Source: a bacterium (GTDB taxonomy: Bacteria; J088; JAWLBW01). Taken from it: DNA of 64,000 nucleotides. Below the pieces are notes generated by a model. The model was not told where the DNA came from. It saw only the letters and a list, made by a program, of their open reading frames with translations, and did not search any database. Each line of letters begins with the position of its first letter. The stretch's first letter is position 1. The translations under genes were made by a program, and so were the position numbers. Of the stretch, positions 62,354 through 64,000 are shown in pieces. The DNA is taken from NCBI GenBank assembly GCA_041690355.1, contig JAWLHK010000018.1, positions 1 through 64,000 of the forward strand, in the 5' to 3' direction.

Positions 62354-63205
62354 TCACCCCTTCTTTTGAAGAGCAGTTAACAGTGCACCGGCCACAATAC
62401 CCATGACCTGGACAGCGGAACGCGCTTCTTCCGTGGAAACTCCTGAAACCCAAGGCCGACCGTGACCAGTTCCTTCTTTGTTGCGTAATGCGTTCACCGC
62501 ACAGCCCATGTCATAAAGGGCGCGCTGGAAACGCTGTATCGCTGGCATCCTGGCCGGTTCTTGCCCAGCAGGTGCCTCAAACCCTACGGCTACGAATGCT
62601 TGCCCTAACAATGTGGGAAAATTGGCGTGAGTTTGATAACTGCCGAAGCGTTCGCAGATCACATGAGCTGCTGTCGCTTCGAGAAGGTCTTTCCCTGTAC
62701 CAAGCAACAAAGCAGCGTCTTCGCTGCCGCGCCGCGCTCGCCTAACATAGGCTTCCAAAGCGCGACTAAGGTCAATGCCAGAAAGTGTATCGAGGGAAAG
62801 CGGGCTGAGCGTGCCGTCACGTCCCAATAAGTAGCCTTCTGCCTCAAAAGCCGCAATGGCATCTGTTACGGTATGCTCCCCGACAAAATTCGGGGAGTCC
62901 TTTCGAAAGCCTCCTTTTGCTCGGATAACAGAAAGAAGTGCAGCAACGAATATCTCGCCTTTGACAGGCGCCTTATCGATGGCGTCCGATAGTATTGCTC
63001 GGACCCGCTTTGCTTTACCGACAACCTGGCCCTGAGCCTTTGGGTCCGCTGGAGTCAGACCTGCGCGATGTACTTGAAAATCAATGTCGGAGTGCGAGGG
63101 CTCACGGTGTCTATCTGACTGCGCATCGTTTACCAGGTTAGCGACGGCAACGATAATCGTGTCGGAGAGTGGGGCTCGAGGCCTCTTATCTGGGGGTAGA
63201 GTCAC
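62354..63205 (-). CDS. Abortive-infection Abi_C (AbiJ-related, HEPN-like) protein
   Basis: GTGKDLLEATA...LRNKEGTGHGR...EAR. Confidence 0.82.
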   Translation of the reverse strand: MTLPPDKRPRAPLSDTIIVAVANLVNDAQSDRHREPSHSDIDFQVHRAGLTPADPKAQGQVVGKAKRVRAILSDAIDKAPVKGEIFVAALLSVIRAKGGFRKDSPNFVGEHTVTDAIAAFEAEGYLLGRDGTLSPLSLDTLSGIDLSRALEAYVRRARRGSEDAALLLGTGKDLLEATAAHVICERFGSYQTHANFPTLLGQAFVAVGFEAPAGQEPARMPAIQRFQRALYDMGCAVNALRNKEGTGHGRPWVSGVSTEEARSAVQVMGIVAGALLTALQKKG

Positions 63206-63479
63206 AAAGCTAAGGGTAGCAGGAGGAGCCCCTTCGGTCTAACATCCATTGACCGGCCCCTCGCCGCCTTCCAACCCGGCGGGCGCCAGTCGAACGGTCG
63301 ACAGCGTTTGTCTCTCCCCCGGCAGGCAGGGCGAATTGGTACGCGACGGGCAGGATGCGATACGGCTTTCGTGCCAACACTATACCGAGCGACCGCTCTG
63401 GTAAGCAACCCAGCGATAGGGAGCCCACGCGGGGCTGGGGAAGGGGAACACTGTGACCGCGCGCCGCGCGGGCCGAGAC

Positions 63480-63812
63480 TCAACCGATGTCCTCAAGGTC
63501 GAGCGCAATCGTAAGGGCCCGGTCCAGCTCCTCGAGTTTCAGGGTTCCCAGGGACCCCACGAAATCGGTGAGCACTTCCTTGCGAAGCGACACCAAAGCG
63601 TCGCAGTGGATGCTGCTGTCGTGCTTGAGCCCTTCCGGGGCGCCGACGGGGACTTCGGTTTCGAGCCCATGATAGGCCGTGTAGACCGGTGCGCAGACCG
63701 CGGTCGAGAAACGGGAATCGAGAAGAACCTGCCGGCTGACGATCACGAAGACACGGGTCCGCTTCGGGTCGCCCGACGGGTGGCGCACCCGATACAGCTC
63801 GCCGCGCCTCAC
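63480..63812 (-). CDS. PemK/MazF family endoribonuclease toxin
   Basis: [17 protein letters not shown] and [11 protein letters not shown] motifs. Confidence 0.92.
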   Translation of the reverse strand: MRRGELYRVRHPSGDPKRTRVFVIVSRQVLLDSRFSTAVCAPVYTAYHGLETEVPVGAPEGLKHDSSIHCDALVSLRKEVLTDFVGSLGTLKLEELDRALTIALDLEDIG

Positions 63813-64000
63813 TCGGCGTCCTGAAACGCGAGCACGTCTTCGACCTCTGCATTCAAGGCGTCAGCCAGCCGGTCGAGGCGTTTGCGTTCGCGCGCCTCAC
63901 GCGCGGCTTTTTCGTGCCGGACCACGTAGGCGGCGACCGCCTCTTCGATGAGCTCGGACCGGGACCGCTCGGCGTAGCCGCCGCGATCGAGCGCTTTCAG
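63809..64000 (-). CDS. Ribbon-helix-helix antitoxin (5' end outside the window)
   Basis: LKALD...[10 protein letters not shown]...[16 protein letters not shown] overlap with the toxin start. Confidence 0.8.
   Translation of the reverse strand: MKALDRGGYAERSRSELIEEAVAAYVVRHEKAAREARERKRLDRLADALNAEVEDVLAFQDAE

Noticed and set aside
38565-64000. Prophage or intact IS/integrative element
   Set aside because: No integrase, transposase, terminase or tail genes in the window; the only capsid-fold gene is the encapsulin.

Overview
High-GC bacterial chromosome segment. Gene content and order (spoVG-tRNA-Gln-prs-rplY-pth, lnt-prfB-lysS-lolE) resemble deltaproteobacterial/Myxococcota-like genomes; this placement is inference. 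About 1-38.6 kb is mostly housekeeping (lgt, ihf, rlmN, ppx, guaB, prs, rplY, pth, ychF, purB/C/S/Q/L/F, pyrE, lnt, frameshifted prfB, lysS, lolE, mscS, RluA-family synthase). It is interspersed with heptamer-based intergenic repeats and a DUF559 gene bracketed by long inverted repeats. From the 5' end of the RluA-family gene (~38.6 kb) onward is an accessory region, visibly less GC-rich from ~44 kb, that looks like a cassette array. Three copies of one membrane-protein gene and three stray pieces of the rluA 5' end separate the cargo blocks: paired helical-repeat lipoproteins; a glycosidase-like lipoprotein plus a decayed AbrB-PIN TA pair; a TetR/hemerythrin/cNMP-domain (family 2B) encapsulin/cysteine desulfurase block; and a defence block. 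The best candidates for an undescribed system are (i) an Abi_C(HEPN-like) + FKDD-motif UG/Abi-class reverse transcriptase + PLD nuclease cluster behind a MazF-type TA pair, and (ii) the hemerythrin-encapsulin 2B-desulfurase operon. All calls are from motif recognition by eye; no database searches were run.
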